64,000 bases of DNA, taken from NCBI GenBank assembly GCA_002269645.1, contig NIVC01001798.1, positions 1-64,000 of the forward strand. Direction: 5' to 3'. The stretch's first letter is position 1, and each line of letters begins with the position of its first letter. Source of the stretch: Macrostomum lignano. Its lineage: Eukaryota. The position numbers were made by a program, and so were the translations under genes. The notes under the pieces are model-generated. The model was not told the origin of the DNA and made no database searches. It saw only the letters and a program-made list of their open reading frames with translations. Shown here in pieces: positions 22,001 through 34,322 of this stretch.

Positions 22001-25000
22001 AGGCCCTGAAACTATGGAAGAATCAGGCCCTGAAACTATCGAAGAATCAGGTCCTGAAACTATGAAAGAATCAGGCCCTGAAACTATGGAAGAATCAGGC
22101 CCTGAAACTATGGAAGGATCAGGCCCTGAAACTATGAAAGAATCAGGTCCTGAAACTATGGAAGAATCAGGCCCTGAAACTATGGAAGAATCAGGTTCTG
22201 AAACTATGAAAGAATCAGGTCCTGAAACTATCGAAGAATCAGGCCCTGAAACTTTGGAAGAATCAGGCCCTGAAACTATGGAAGAATCAGGCCCTGAAAC
22301 TATGGAAGAATCAGGCCCTGAAACTATGGAAGAATCAGGCCCTGAAACTATGAAAGAATCAGGTCCTGAAACTATCGAAGAATCAGGCCCTGAAACTTTG
22401 GAAGAATCAGGCCCTGAAACTATGGAAGAATCAGGCCCTGAAACTATGGAAGAATCAGGCCCTGAAACTATGAAAGAATCAGGTCCTGAAACTATGGAAG
22501 AATCAGGCCCTGAAACTATGGAAGAATCAGGCCCTGAAACTATGAAAGAATCAGGTCCTGAAACTATCGAAGAATCAGGCCCTGAAACTATGGAAGAATC
22601 AGGCCCTGAAACTATGGAAGAATCAGGCCCTGAAACTATGGAAGAATCAGGTCCTGAAACAATGAAAAAGTCAGGCCCTAGAACTATGGAAGAATCAGGC
22701 CCTAGAACTATGGAAGAATCAGGCCCTAGAACTATGGAAGAATCAGGCCCTAGAACTATGGAAGAATCAGGCCCTGAAACTATGGAAGAATCAGGCCCTG
22801 AAACTATGGAAGAATCAGGTCCTGAAACAATGAAAAAGTCAGGCCCTGAAACTATGGAAGAATCAGGCCCTGAAACTATGGAAGAATCAGGCCCTGAAAC
22901 TATGGAAGAATCAGGCCCTGAAACTATGGAAGAATCAGGTCCTGAAACTATGGAGGAATCAGGTCCTGAAACTATGGAAGAATCAGGCCCTGAAACTATG
23001 GAAGAACCAGGCCCTGAAACTATGGAAGAATCAGGCCCTGAAACTATGGAAGAATCAGGTCCTGAAACAATGAAAAAGTCAGGCCCTAGAACTATGGAAG
23101 AATCAGGCCCTAGAACTATGGAAGAATCAGGCCCTAGAACTATGGAAGAATCAGGCCCTAGAACTATGGAAGAATCAGGCCCTGAAACTATGGAAGAATC
23201 AGGCCCTGAAACTATGGAAGAATCAGGTCCTGAAACAATGAAAAAGTCAGGCCCTAGAACTATGGAAGAATCAGGCCCTAGAACTATGGAAGAATCAGGT
23301 CCTGAAACAATGAAAAAGTCAGGCCCTAGAACTATGGAAGAATCAGGCCCTGAAACTATGGAAGAATTAGTACCTGAAAGGCTGAAACTATGGAGGAATC
23401 AGTACCTGAAACTATGGAAGAATCAGGCCCTGAAACTATGGAAAAATTAGGTCCTGAAACAATGAAAAAGTCAGGCCCTAGAACTATGGAAGAATTAGTA
23501 CCTGAAAGGCTGAAACTATGGAGGAATCAGTACCTGAAACTATGGAAGAATCAGGCCCTGAAACTATGGAAGAATCAGGTCCTGAAACAATGAAAAAGTC
23601 AGGCCCTAGAACTATGGAAGAATCAGGTCCTGAAACTATGGAAGAATCAGGTCCTGAAACTATGGAAGAATTAGTACCTGAAAGGCTGAAACTATGGAGG
23701 AATCAGTACCTGAAACTATGGAAGAATCAGGCCCTGAAACTATGGAAGAATTAGTACCTGAAAGGCTGAAACTATGGAAGAATCAGGCCCTGAAACTATG
23801 GAAGAATTAGTACCTGAAAGGCTGAAACTATGGAAGAATCAGGCCCTGAAACTATGGAAGAATTAGTACCTGAAAGGCTGAAACTATGGAAGAATCAGGC
23901 CCTGAAACTATGGAAGAATCAGGCCCTGAAACTATGGAAGAATTAGTACCTGAAAGGCTGAAACTATGGAAGAATCAGGCCCTGAAACTATGGAAGAATC
24001 AGGCCCTGAAACTATGGAAGAATCAGGCCCTGAAGCTATGAAAATCTAGCTGAAACTAATAAAGCAGTGTAGACCCTAATAAACACAATCCAATTGAAGC
24101 ATTAAATCGTAACCATACACGTTTAAGTCCAACTAACCATTTCGCCGATCGCGTTGCACTCGCTTAGTATCTCGTCGGTTTGCGGCAAGTCCATCAGCAG
24201 CATAGACATGCAGCCAAACATGCGGCCCATGGCCAACGTACCCTCGGGCGACACCTCGTCTAACAGGTTCTCAATGGCAGTGCGGCAAGCCTCGACTAAT
24301 CCAGGCTGACGCATTAAAGCCTCTCGAATGCAATAGTGCTGGCATAGACTGAAATCAATTTAGCTTTACTATTAATGACCTGACAACACTCCTTTGACAT
24401 CTTGAGTGCTAAGCCACCTATCTGCCTCTCACTCTTAAACCACCCCTAAGCATTTTCATGTTTTTAAAATTCAACTCTTTCGAGAAGGTCAATTTCCAGA
24501 TTCTATAGACCCGCAAAGGTCAAACAATCGAATTTGTCGATGAGAGAAGTTTTGAGCTAATAAAAAAAACGATCCTGTTTCAGAGGTTGGATTTCATTTG
24601 CATTTGTTGTGCAAAACATTAATAAGCTACTATTCCAGAAAAACGAATACTTCTTCGCGTCTACCGGTAGATTTCAAGCCTAAATCATTCTCTCTCAGTC
24701 CAACAATCGCTACGGTAGCTATACTCACCGGTAAGCAGCGTTGCAAAACTCCCCAAACGATTTCGGATGCTCACTTCCGTTAACAAGACCCTCTCGAATG
24801 GCTTTGGCAATGTAGTCAATTTTCTTAGAGTCCTGATCAATCACGCGAACGTAGAACCTTGGACACAGCGCAATGGTGGCCACGAGTTTGTAGGCCTCGG
24901 CACGGGCCAGATCGGATTCGCCGCCAGTTCTTAGCATGAGATGCATATTGGCTCGAATTTTGTTGCTACCAAATATGCCGTAGTCGCTATCGAACAATGC

Positions 25001-26459
25001 AGTCTCAGTCAAGTCGTACTTGTTGCACATCAGCTTGCAAACGTTCGGATCGGAGAGCACACCGATAGCGTATTGAATGCCTTCAAGGCTGACATCTTCC
25101 AGCATACGCTTCTCGGTGCACACCATTTCGAATACGTTGTCAATGACGCCGCGGACTTGCAACGAGCGCACGGCGTTGTCTTTGAAGTCGCGAGAGGCGT
25201 GCTTGCACAGCGTGTAGGCAGATTTTAACACCTGGGATTGGTTGGCATGTAGGTGGCTTGTTAGTGGAACTAGTATCTTCTGTTGCCTGTTACTAGTGCA
25301 TTATGTTCTCAGATTGACTGAAATAATGCACTGTACGAACTTTTTCCGAGGAAAATACGTAATATTGAAACTAAAAAATGTAAATTTCCACGGCTTTTCC
25401 ACGCGTTAATAATTTAGTGAGTGAGCCATTGTCGGCTTTTTAGGGCCTGGTGCACTTTGGGGCTGGCCGCTGGACTTTGGCGTGCCCCTTCCCTGCCGTG
25501 CACCCTGCCCCGTGCTCTGTGCTGGTTGGCTGCGGCCAGCCCTTTGTGGCACGAGGGCTGCGCCCTGCCCCGGGCGGGGTTTTGATTGGCTGGCTCTGAG
25601 CGCTGTTCTGCGCAGCTTAGTCTGTGGGACAGGCTGTTCCCCAAACCCCCCTCTCAAGGCCCAAGGTCTGTTTTTTTCATCATTTATTGTCTTCTTTGCG
25701 CCTTTTTTACTCTGCTATTGTTAGTCTTTCGCACTAATTTGCTATTACAAGTTCCAAATATACTAATCTCTATCCATCCATATACTAAAAATGGTCTGTC
25801 GGTAGGTATATGTGGGTATGTGATCGATTTCAGAAAAAACTGCTCAACCGATTTTCTTCGAACTTGTTTAATCTACAAATATACGGGTGTTATTTACTCA
25901 GCTTCTGGTAAGCACTCTGAAAAAAATAATCAACTCACGAAGCATGGGACTTTAGTCTAACAAAAAAACATTTTAACATAACTTTGTGCAACTAATCAAA
26001 CTTGAATCTTGATACTAAAAGACTGAACTAGGATAAAAAACTTTGAGTCCAGTCATGTGGACAAAGTTTCAAGTCAATTGACTTGTTCGATTTCAAGTTG
26101 AGTACTTAGATTGTACTCCTAGTAGTTAAGACGAAAATCAATGATTTAAACAAATATTGGCTGTAAAAACTAACCTTCAACTCGTCTGGGTACATATTAT
26201 CAACAGTTTTGGCCATCACTGCACTAATCTTTGGATTTCGAATGAGAACATTGAAGCCATTGTTCTTCTTGAAGCTGAAGCGCATTTCATCATCGCTAAG
26301 TGAATTTGCAAAAGCAACAAGTCCATCAGCATAAAATTGTAATTCTTGATCTGGAGGCGAAAGGCTGTCCATTGTGGCTTTGATTACATCACCAAACTTG
26401 TCTTCCCTTGGTGGTAGCGGCGGTGGCCCCTGCTGCTGCTGCTCTGTCTCTTCAGCCAT
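18411..26459 (-). CDS. Orphan all-helical (ARM/HEAT-like solenoid?) protein, 7 exons, 719 aa
   Basis: Exons 26459-26175, 25231-24729, 24348-24138, 21660-21492, 20755-20565, 19796-19359, 18773-18411. All six introns are GT-AG with matching phases (0,2,0,1,0,0), total 2160 nt, no internal stop. Family not recognised; the fold is inferred from amphipathic patterning. Confidence 0.8.
18885..19090. repeat. Compound microsatellite (GAGT)n + (GT)n
   Basis: Directly visible. Confidence 0.97.
19970..20490. repeat. ~100-bp tandem repeat, about 5 copies (intronic)
   Basis: ACATTCCTACCCCTTTAACTGCATTTTATCACTGCTG recurs at ~20041, 20140 and 20241. Confidence 0.9.
20830..21475. repeat. 47-bp/43-bp minisatellite (GTGTTTGCTGGTCTGGGCAGTGTGTACATTGG..)
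   Basis: Period 47 in the left part and 43 in the right part; fills the intron between exons 21492 and 20755. Confidence 0.95.
21850..24050. repeat. 24-bp minisatellite (GAAGAATCAGGCCCTGAAACTATG), ~2.2 kb, intronic
   Basis: About 90 units. Produces the MEESGPET ORF on the strand opposite the host gene. Confidence 0.97.
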
Positions 26460-28859
26460 TTCGAGCTTATAACTAAGATAAGCTGCAAGTCACAAACATG
26501 CATAAATTTTGAATGAATAATTTTTTGATCAGCATAACTATAAACTGGATTTTTAGTTAGAATGAAAAACATAATTGTATAGTATGATAGTGCACTGCTG
26601 CCAACTGATTAACATAATGCAGACTACAGAACTTTGCCTAAGTGCCTCTCCCACTGTTATGTTTGTGACCCAAATAGATGCTCAAGTTGAGAAGCCAGAC
26701 TGCTACTTGAGGCTTGGCAAGTAAACTTTCTTTTCTTGCTTGCTTGGCTATAGCCTAGGCAAATGGCTACATTGTCATTAGTCATTTATATTATTAAATT
26801 AGAAACTAAAAAAATGTATTCTCCAAAATAAAATGCAATTTTAACCATTAAGGTTATTATACAGTACAAATATATAATATTTGCTAAGCTTTTCCACACC
26901 ATGATATTATTCTATACTGCATATTATAGTTATACATTATCTAATTTAAGTGCAGATCAAAAGAATACATCATAAGATAATAAGATATCCTTAGAAACTC
27001 AAAATTTTCCAAAAAAGAGAAATTAGCAAAATTCCTTTTCTACCTATATTATAGATTATTTGGTAAAAGAAATTAAAGATTGATACTAGATGTAGATATA
27101 AAAAAGTTTTTATAAATGTAATAAAATATCCTACTGAAAATACTTCATTCACACATCAATATACACATATCAATAATTGATTAAGTAAGCCGAAAGAAAA
27201 AACAGACAGCCACTTTAGAGCAAGATAAATCAAAAGGTTTTAAGTTTTAACTTCGCAATTCTAACAAGGAACCATATTCACAAATCATTGTGATTAGCAT
27301 GTTTTAGCGAAATTTTCTCGAATTCTTGTTTAATAAATCATAAGACTTACAAAAGCGTATTTCAATAGACTATCAAGAAGATTTTAACTGTAAATTTATT
27401 ATAATTATGGAATTATTTATAACTAAAAAGTAAAACGTACGACCAAGGGTAACGAGCGTTTTTAAATTCTATGGCAAAAGAGGCGTCTGAATGCCCGAAG
27501 AGAAAGTATCAAGGCGATAACGAGAATAATAGGTAGATAAATAGGTAGATTAATTTCTCCTAGTATCGACTCAGTCACTCAGGTGTAAAGTGTAAAGCCT
27601 TTGGGCAATACCTATCCTTTAAAAGCGATTTACAAAATCAGTGGTAAAATGTCCACTTTTTCGAAAGCGAAATTTATACAAGGTACTAAAATTTAGCTTC
27701 TGTAATAATTAGGCAGTAAAATTAAAAGAAGATTTTAATTAAAGATTACAAATGCATTATTTTACTTCTTTAATTCATTAAATTTGATGTAAATAATTTG
27801 TAAAGTTTGTTAATGTAAGCTAAAGCCGTCAAAATTTATCTAAATTGTTTGTACTTGAATTAATATGCTTATATGAATAGTGGGCATAACTCTGTGATCT
27901 CTAGCTTAGCTTTTATTTCTCTCCCTATTTTTTTCTATGTGTATAAACATCTGTCCTATTTGCAGTTGGCTTTTCTGCATGCTTGTAATAACAGGAGCTA
28001 GTAAGGCAGGAATAAAGGGTCTCATCCAGTGAAGTCCAGGGCTGCAGAAGCTCGATGGAAAAAAAAACTTGGCGGGAAAAAACTGGCTTGAGAATCTAGC
28101 GCGGAGGGTTTACCGAGGAAACCCTCCTGCAGGTAACCATCCTGCGGGAAACCCTCCTGCGGGGAAAACTCTGGAGGAAAATCAAGCGGTTGATGGCAAG
28201 TTAAAGTGATTTTAATGCTGAGCTATGGCCTCTGAGACTTTACTCGTAATATTAAGTTGACACATTTTAGCCAGATGATTATTTGTGTGTTTTTCAAAAT
28301 TCACCGAAGTATAGTATATACCGGTATAGAGAGCATACAGCGTAAAAGAACCCCCTGTGCGGAACTAGCTCCTTTCTTTGTCTTTGCGCCAGCACCAAGG
28401 GGACGCCATTATAAGAGTGCGTGTGCATTTCGTAGACTAGACTAGCTACTCGCATTGGCATAAATAAACTGGTCGCGGAATGATTAATGTTCTTTAATTA
28501 TCTCTGCATGGTTCAGATTTTGATTACAATTTTCACATATAACAAACCAACAAGCTGTTTGAATTTAACATATGCTACATGAATGCATGAAACCGGGTGT
28601 AAACAGTGATTTTCTGACCGGAAATGTTTAGACCACTTGATGGCGTTTAACTTATTTTGCCCCTTCGCACAAGTTAGTAGCATTGCAATACGTGAAACCT
28701 CAGCTTGTCAGGCGCAATTAACATGACATATTCGCTTCCTCTATTAAAGTGCCGCTGTGTGCATAAAGAACGATTTACGACTATAGGCTGGTCTACATAC
28801 ATGTATGTTCAATATGGTGCGGTTCTTGTCGGCTCTTTTGGTGTATATTCTCTTCCTAA

Positions 28860-30215
28860 TGTTTTTTCAGTCTCTTCCTAATAGTTTTGTACAGTCTCTT
28901 CCTAATGGTTTTGTACGGTCTCTTTTTAATGGTTTTGTACAGTCTGTTCCTAATAGTTTTGTACAGTCTCTTCCTAATGGTTTTGTACGGTCTCTTTTTA
29001 ATGGTTCTGTACAGTCTGTTCCTAATAGTGCTGTACAGCCTATTCCTAATGGTTTTGTACGGTCTCTTTTTAATGGTTTTGTACAGTCTGTTCCTAATAG
29101 TTTTGTACAGTCTCTTCCTAATGGTTTTGTACGGTCTCTTTTTAATGGTTCTGTACAGTCTGTTCCTAATAGTGCTGTACAGCCTATTCCTAATGGTTTT
29201 GTACAGTCTGTTCCTATAATAGTGCTGTAAAGTCTGTTCCTAATGGTTTTGTACGGTCTCTTTTTAATGGTTTTGTACAGTCTCTTCCTAATAGTTTTGT
29301 ACAGTCTCTTCCTAATGGTTTTGTACAGTCTGTTCCTAATGGTTTTGTACAGTCTCTTCCTAATGGTTTTGTACGGTCTGTTTTTAATGGTTTTGTACAG
29401 TCTCTTCCTAATAGTTTTGTACAGTCTCTTCCTAATGGTTTTGTACGGTCTCTTTTTAATGGTTCTGTACAGTCTGTTCCTAATAGTGCTGTACAGCCTA
29501 TTCCTAATGGTTTTGTACAGTCTGTTCCTATAATAGTGCTGTAAAGTCTGTTCCTAATGGTTTTGTACAGTCTGTTCCTATAATAGTGCTGTAAAGTCTG
29601 TTCCTAATGGTTTTGTACAGCCTATTCCTAATGGTTTTGTACAGTCTGTTCCTATAATAGTGCTGTAAAGTCTGTTCCTAATGGTTTTGTACAGTCTGTT
29701 CCTAATGGTTTTGTACAGTCTGTTCCTAATGGTTTTGTACAGTCTGTTCCTAATGGTTTTGTACAGTCTGTTCCTAATGGTTTTGTACAGTCTGTTCCTA
29801 ATGGTTTTGTACAGTCTGTTCCTAATGGTTTTGTACAGTCTGTTCCTAATGGTTTTGTACAGTCTGTTCCTAATGGTTTTGTACAGTCTGTTCCTAATGG
29901 TTTTGTACAGTCTGTTCCTAATGGTTTTGTACAGTTCTGTTCCTAATGGTTTTGTACAGTTCTGTTCCTAATAGTGCTGTAAAGTCTGTTCCTAATGGTT
30001 TTGTACAGTCTGTTCCTAATGGTTTTGTACAGTTCTGTTCCTAATAGTGCTGTACAGTTCTGTTCCTAATAGTGCTGTACAGTCTGTTCCTAATGGTTTT
30101 GTACAGTCTGTTCCTAATGGTTTTGTACAGTTCTGTTCCTAATAGTGCTGTACAGTCTGTTCCTAATGGTTTTGTACAGTTTGTTCCTAATGGTTTTGTA
30201 CAGTCTCTTCCAAAT
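28860..30215. repeat. 24-bp minisatellite (GGTTTTGTACAGTCTGTTCCTAAT), ~1.35 kb
   Basis: Directly visible; variant units on the left, homogeneous core at 29680-29930. Confidence 0.97.
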
Positions 30216-30959
30216 TTTCCGGCACTGCCTGACCCTCAGAAATGGAATTGCGGTTCTGTACCATTATAAATGTATGGATTAAGCATTGTTGTATTGATGG
30301 TACTAGCATAGATTTCTAACGTAGATTATAGCCTCTGTCTGGACTAACACTACACTAATATGCACCATACATTATGTATAAACATATGACAATTTACAAA
30401 TTGTCATATGTTCTGAGGACGCAGAAGATCGAGCACACGCATGCTGGCAGGGAGAATTCTGGAGAGTAGCGTGAGACTGGGGTTATTTATATAGCCGAAT
30501 AGATCGCGTGAGGTGATTTTTTTAGAATTATTATTTCGGCCAATGCAGCGAAGGCTCTATAGTATGACAGACAGAGACTGAGGCAGAGAGAGGGGGGATG
30601 AAGATGGATCAAATCAGCTGCCAAGATGAAGAAGCAAAATCTTTCTGGAAGTGAGCACTATTGCACTCTCAGCTGTATGCTCTCCCGTGTGAGTCATCTC
30701 TATCCCATGTTTTTCTGAACCTCTGGGAGTGGGAATAGAGCTGATGGGATCAGTGGGTAGCGGCTGTATGGCTGCCGGCTAGGAGAAGCAAAACTGCATA
30801 AAATAACATTTTCTGGCAGCGGGAAGGGCTACCCAGGCTAGAGCAGCTTGGCTTGGATTGGGACTGGTGAGCGCCTGAAGTTCGAGCTGATAGCATTCGA
30901 CAGCACGAATCGGTGGCAGTCAGAGAACGCTGGCAAAATAAGATTTGAAATGACTAGAA

Positions 30960-32025
30960 TGACACTTAAATTCTATATGACCCATTTAGATCCTATATGA
31001 CCCATGCACTTAGACCTTATATGACCCACTCAGGCCCTATATGCCTATTTAGATCCTATGACCCACTCAGACTTTATATGACCAACTCAAATCGAAAATG
31101 ACCCACTCAGACCTTATATGACCCACTCAGACCTTATATGACCCACTCAGACATTATATAACCCATTAAACTCCAAATGACCCACTAAAATCCAAAATGA
31201 CCCACTAAGATCCAAAATTACCCACTCAAATCCTATATGACCCACTACTATCCTAAATGACCCACTACTATCCTAAATGACCCACTCAGATCCTATATGA
31301 CCCAATCAGATCCAAAATGACCCACACAGATCCTACACTGTATATGACGGACTCAGAACTTATATGACCCACTTAGATCAAAAATGACCCACGCAGATCC
31401 TATATGACCTACTCAGATTCAAAATGACCTACTCAGATTCAAAATGACCCACTAAAATCCAAAATTACCCACTCAGACCTTATATGACCCACTAAAATCC
31501 AAAATTACCCACTCAGATCTTATATGACCCACTAAAATCCAATATGACCCACTCAAATCCTGTATGACCCACTCAGGTCCTTTATGACCCACTCAGATCC
31601 TTTATGACCCACTCAGATCCTTTATGACCCACTTAGATCCTTTATTACCCACTCAGATCCTTTATGACCCACTCAGATCCTTTATGACCCACTCAGATCC
31701 TTTATGACCCACTCAGATCCTTTATGACCCACTCAGATCCTTTATGACCCACTCAGATCCTTTATGACCCACTCAGATCCTTTATTACCCACTCAGATCC
31801 TTTATGACCCACTCAGATTCTTTATGACCCACTCAGATCCTTTATGACCCACTCAGATCCTTTATGACCCACTCAGATCCTTTATGACCCACTCAGATCC
31901 TTTATGACCCACTCAGATCCTTTATGACCCACTCAGATCCTTTATGACCCACTCAGATCCTTTATGACCCACTCAGATCCTTTATGACCCACTCAGATCC
32001 TTTATGACCCACTCAGATCCTTTTG
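30960..32025. repeat. 20-bp minisatellite (ATGACCCACTCAGATCCTTT), ~1.05 kb
   Basis: Degenerate on the left, near-perfect from ~31590 to 32020. Confidence 0.97.
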
Positions 32026-32748
32026 AAAGTCTTGAGTCAACCATAACGCCAATCCATAGTCTCGGAAGCAGAGCAGACTAAGCATAGCTCGTATAAACAG
32101 TAAGCTGAGGACATTTCACCCAATACACATACGGCTAAGCATATATTGATGGCGATAACCGCCCCAGGGCTTGAAGGGCAAATTGGACTTGCCATCTATA
32201 ATCCGTATAGGCTAAAGTTATGTCTTCTCGCATAGTAAGCGTGCGATAGAAAATGAGGAGCGGACAGAGGACACGAGAATCCGGGGAGAGGGTAGAAAGA
32301 CGGGAGATACCGCCCAAGGGGGAATTCTCAGTTCCCCTTCCCTTCCTTCCCGAGGAAGGATCTCGCCGAGCCAACCAAATCAGCGCTGATTGGTCCATCG
32401 CCGCACCCCCAACCCCCTTCGCAGCCTCCCGATCCCCCTCTCCCACAGACGCTCGCTAGCTGGTCAGTTTTTTAAAATTGGTAACCCTCCCTCCCTCCTC
32501 TCCCGCCTCGCCTCTTAATTCCCCGGCTTTTTGGACTCGCCGAGGCGTGGGAATGGGTGCGATGGAGAGAGAGGGAGAGACTGGCAAAGAGTAGGAAGAC
32601 GAGAAGAGAGGCTGAGTGTAAGAGGAGGGAGGGTGAGCCGAACGAACTGATCAGACGGGGCTTTTTTGAGTGAAATCTTCTGCATCAGCGTCGGGTTGGT
32701 CCGAGTAATTCTTGGCGGGTGCACACGAGACAAAAAGCGAGGAATATC

Positions 32749-34289
32749 ATGCAGCAATCTGAGAGAATGGCTGGTGCTGGCTTTTCAACGAAGCAGCACC
32801 AGCAACAACAGCAACACCAGCAACACCAGCAACACCAGCAACAACAGCAACACCAGCAACAGCAGCAACAACAACAGCAACAACAGCAACAGCAGCAGCA
32901 TCTTGTGTGCACTTGTCCACCGGAAGTGCATCAAGGTGAGTGACGATTTTTAGAAAAGAATTAAAAAACAGAAACATAGTATAAGACGAAAAACAGTTTT
33001 GAAAAACATTTGTTTTACAGAATGACTAATTTTACCTGTGGCCTACGCAGGGTGTCTTTTGATGGGTGCCCCTGTCTCTTGGTGGACGCCCCTGTCGTTT
33101 GGTTGACGCCCCCTGTCTCTGGTTGGCTCGCCCTGTCGTTTGGTTGACGCCCCCTGTCTCTGGTTGGCTCGCCCTGTCGTTTGGTTGACGCCCCCTGTCT
33201 CTGGTTGGTGCGCCCTGTCGTTTGGTTGGCACCCCCTGTCTCTTGATGGGCGTCCCTGCCTCTTGACGGGCGCCCCTGTCGCTTGGTGGGCGCCTCTGTC
33301 TCCTGGTGGGCGCCCCCTGTCTACTGGTGGGCGCCCTTGTCTTTTGGTGAGCGTTCCTGTCTCTTGGTGGGCGCTCCGCTCCTGTCTCTTGGTGGGCGCC
33401 CCTGTCTCTTGATCGGCGTCCCTGCCTTTTGATGGGCGTCCCTGTCGCTTGGTGGGCGCCCCTGTCTCCTTGTGGGCGCCCCCTGTCTCCTGGTGGGCGA
33501 CCTCTTAAAACCTTTTCCTCTTCAAAGGACTGTAACACACCCACACTGTCAAGTTCCGTGCTTCGCTGATACCGTAGTAGGTTGCTATCAGTAGAAAATC
33601 AAAGCATTTTTATTATACAATTCGGTGCACTCTCACCCCAACGGCCGCCCAACCTCTTGTCCATAGCCATGCACGAAGCGCAGCGCTATGTTAAATCCGG
33701 CAGACCGCTGCCCAAGGAGCTTCTACAGGTGCTATCGTCAGGTGGAGCTGCTGGTTCAGTCAGTCAGCACCAGCACCACCAGATGGCCGATCAGTTCAGG
33801 TAAGAGATTGTTGGCATTGCCCAAAGCAAGTGTGCAACAGCTGCTTCGCTTGGTCACTAGTACGAATTATTGCATAGATCAAACCTGCCCAATCTGCATG
33901 ATGGCTAATCCATCCCATTCATCTCTGATTTTGTCCGGTTCTGTTTGGATTTATAGGGGGGGGGGGTTGTCTGCAGCAAAACTGCAGACTGATTTGCTTA
34001 TATAATCAGCAAGTTCGTTTCTACCGGACTTCAGCCAAACTCTGATAGTGAATCGTAATCAGTGTTGCAGCTGCAGATGTATGCGAAATGCTATAAGCCG
34101 GGGCGATTCATTGTACCAGTAGAAACTGCTTGCAATCTTCATAACTGATGAAACTGAAAATATAAGACCAATTTTAACTGTTCTCTACTTATTAAGAAGT
34201 TGGTCAACTTGCTGAAGAATCGCATATTTCAGCGGTCGTCTGTCTCAAGCTGAAACGCAACTGAGCCACGTCAATGACTGCTTCGTCCA

Positions 34290-34322
<33 letters not shown>

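Noticed and set aside
21870-23450. 526-aa MEESGPET-repeat ORF as a real acidic repeat protein
   Set aside because: It is the translation of a 24-bp minisatellite lying antisense within an intron of a well-supported gene, with no unique N- or C-terminal sequence. A unit length divisible by 3 explains the open frame.
28805-30269. MVLYSLFL-repeat membrane protein ORFs
   Set aside because: Translation of a 24-bp satellite.
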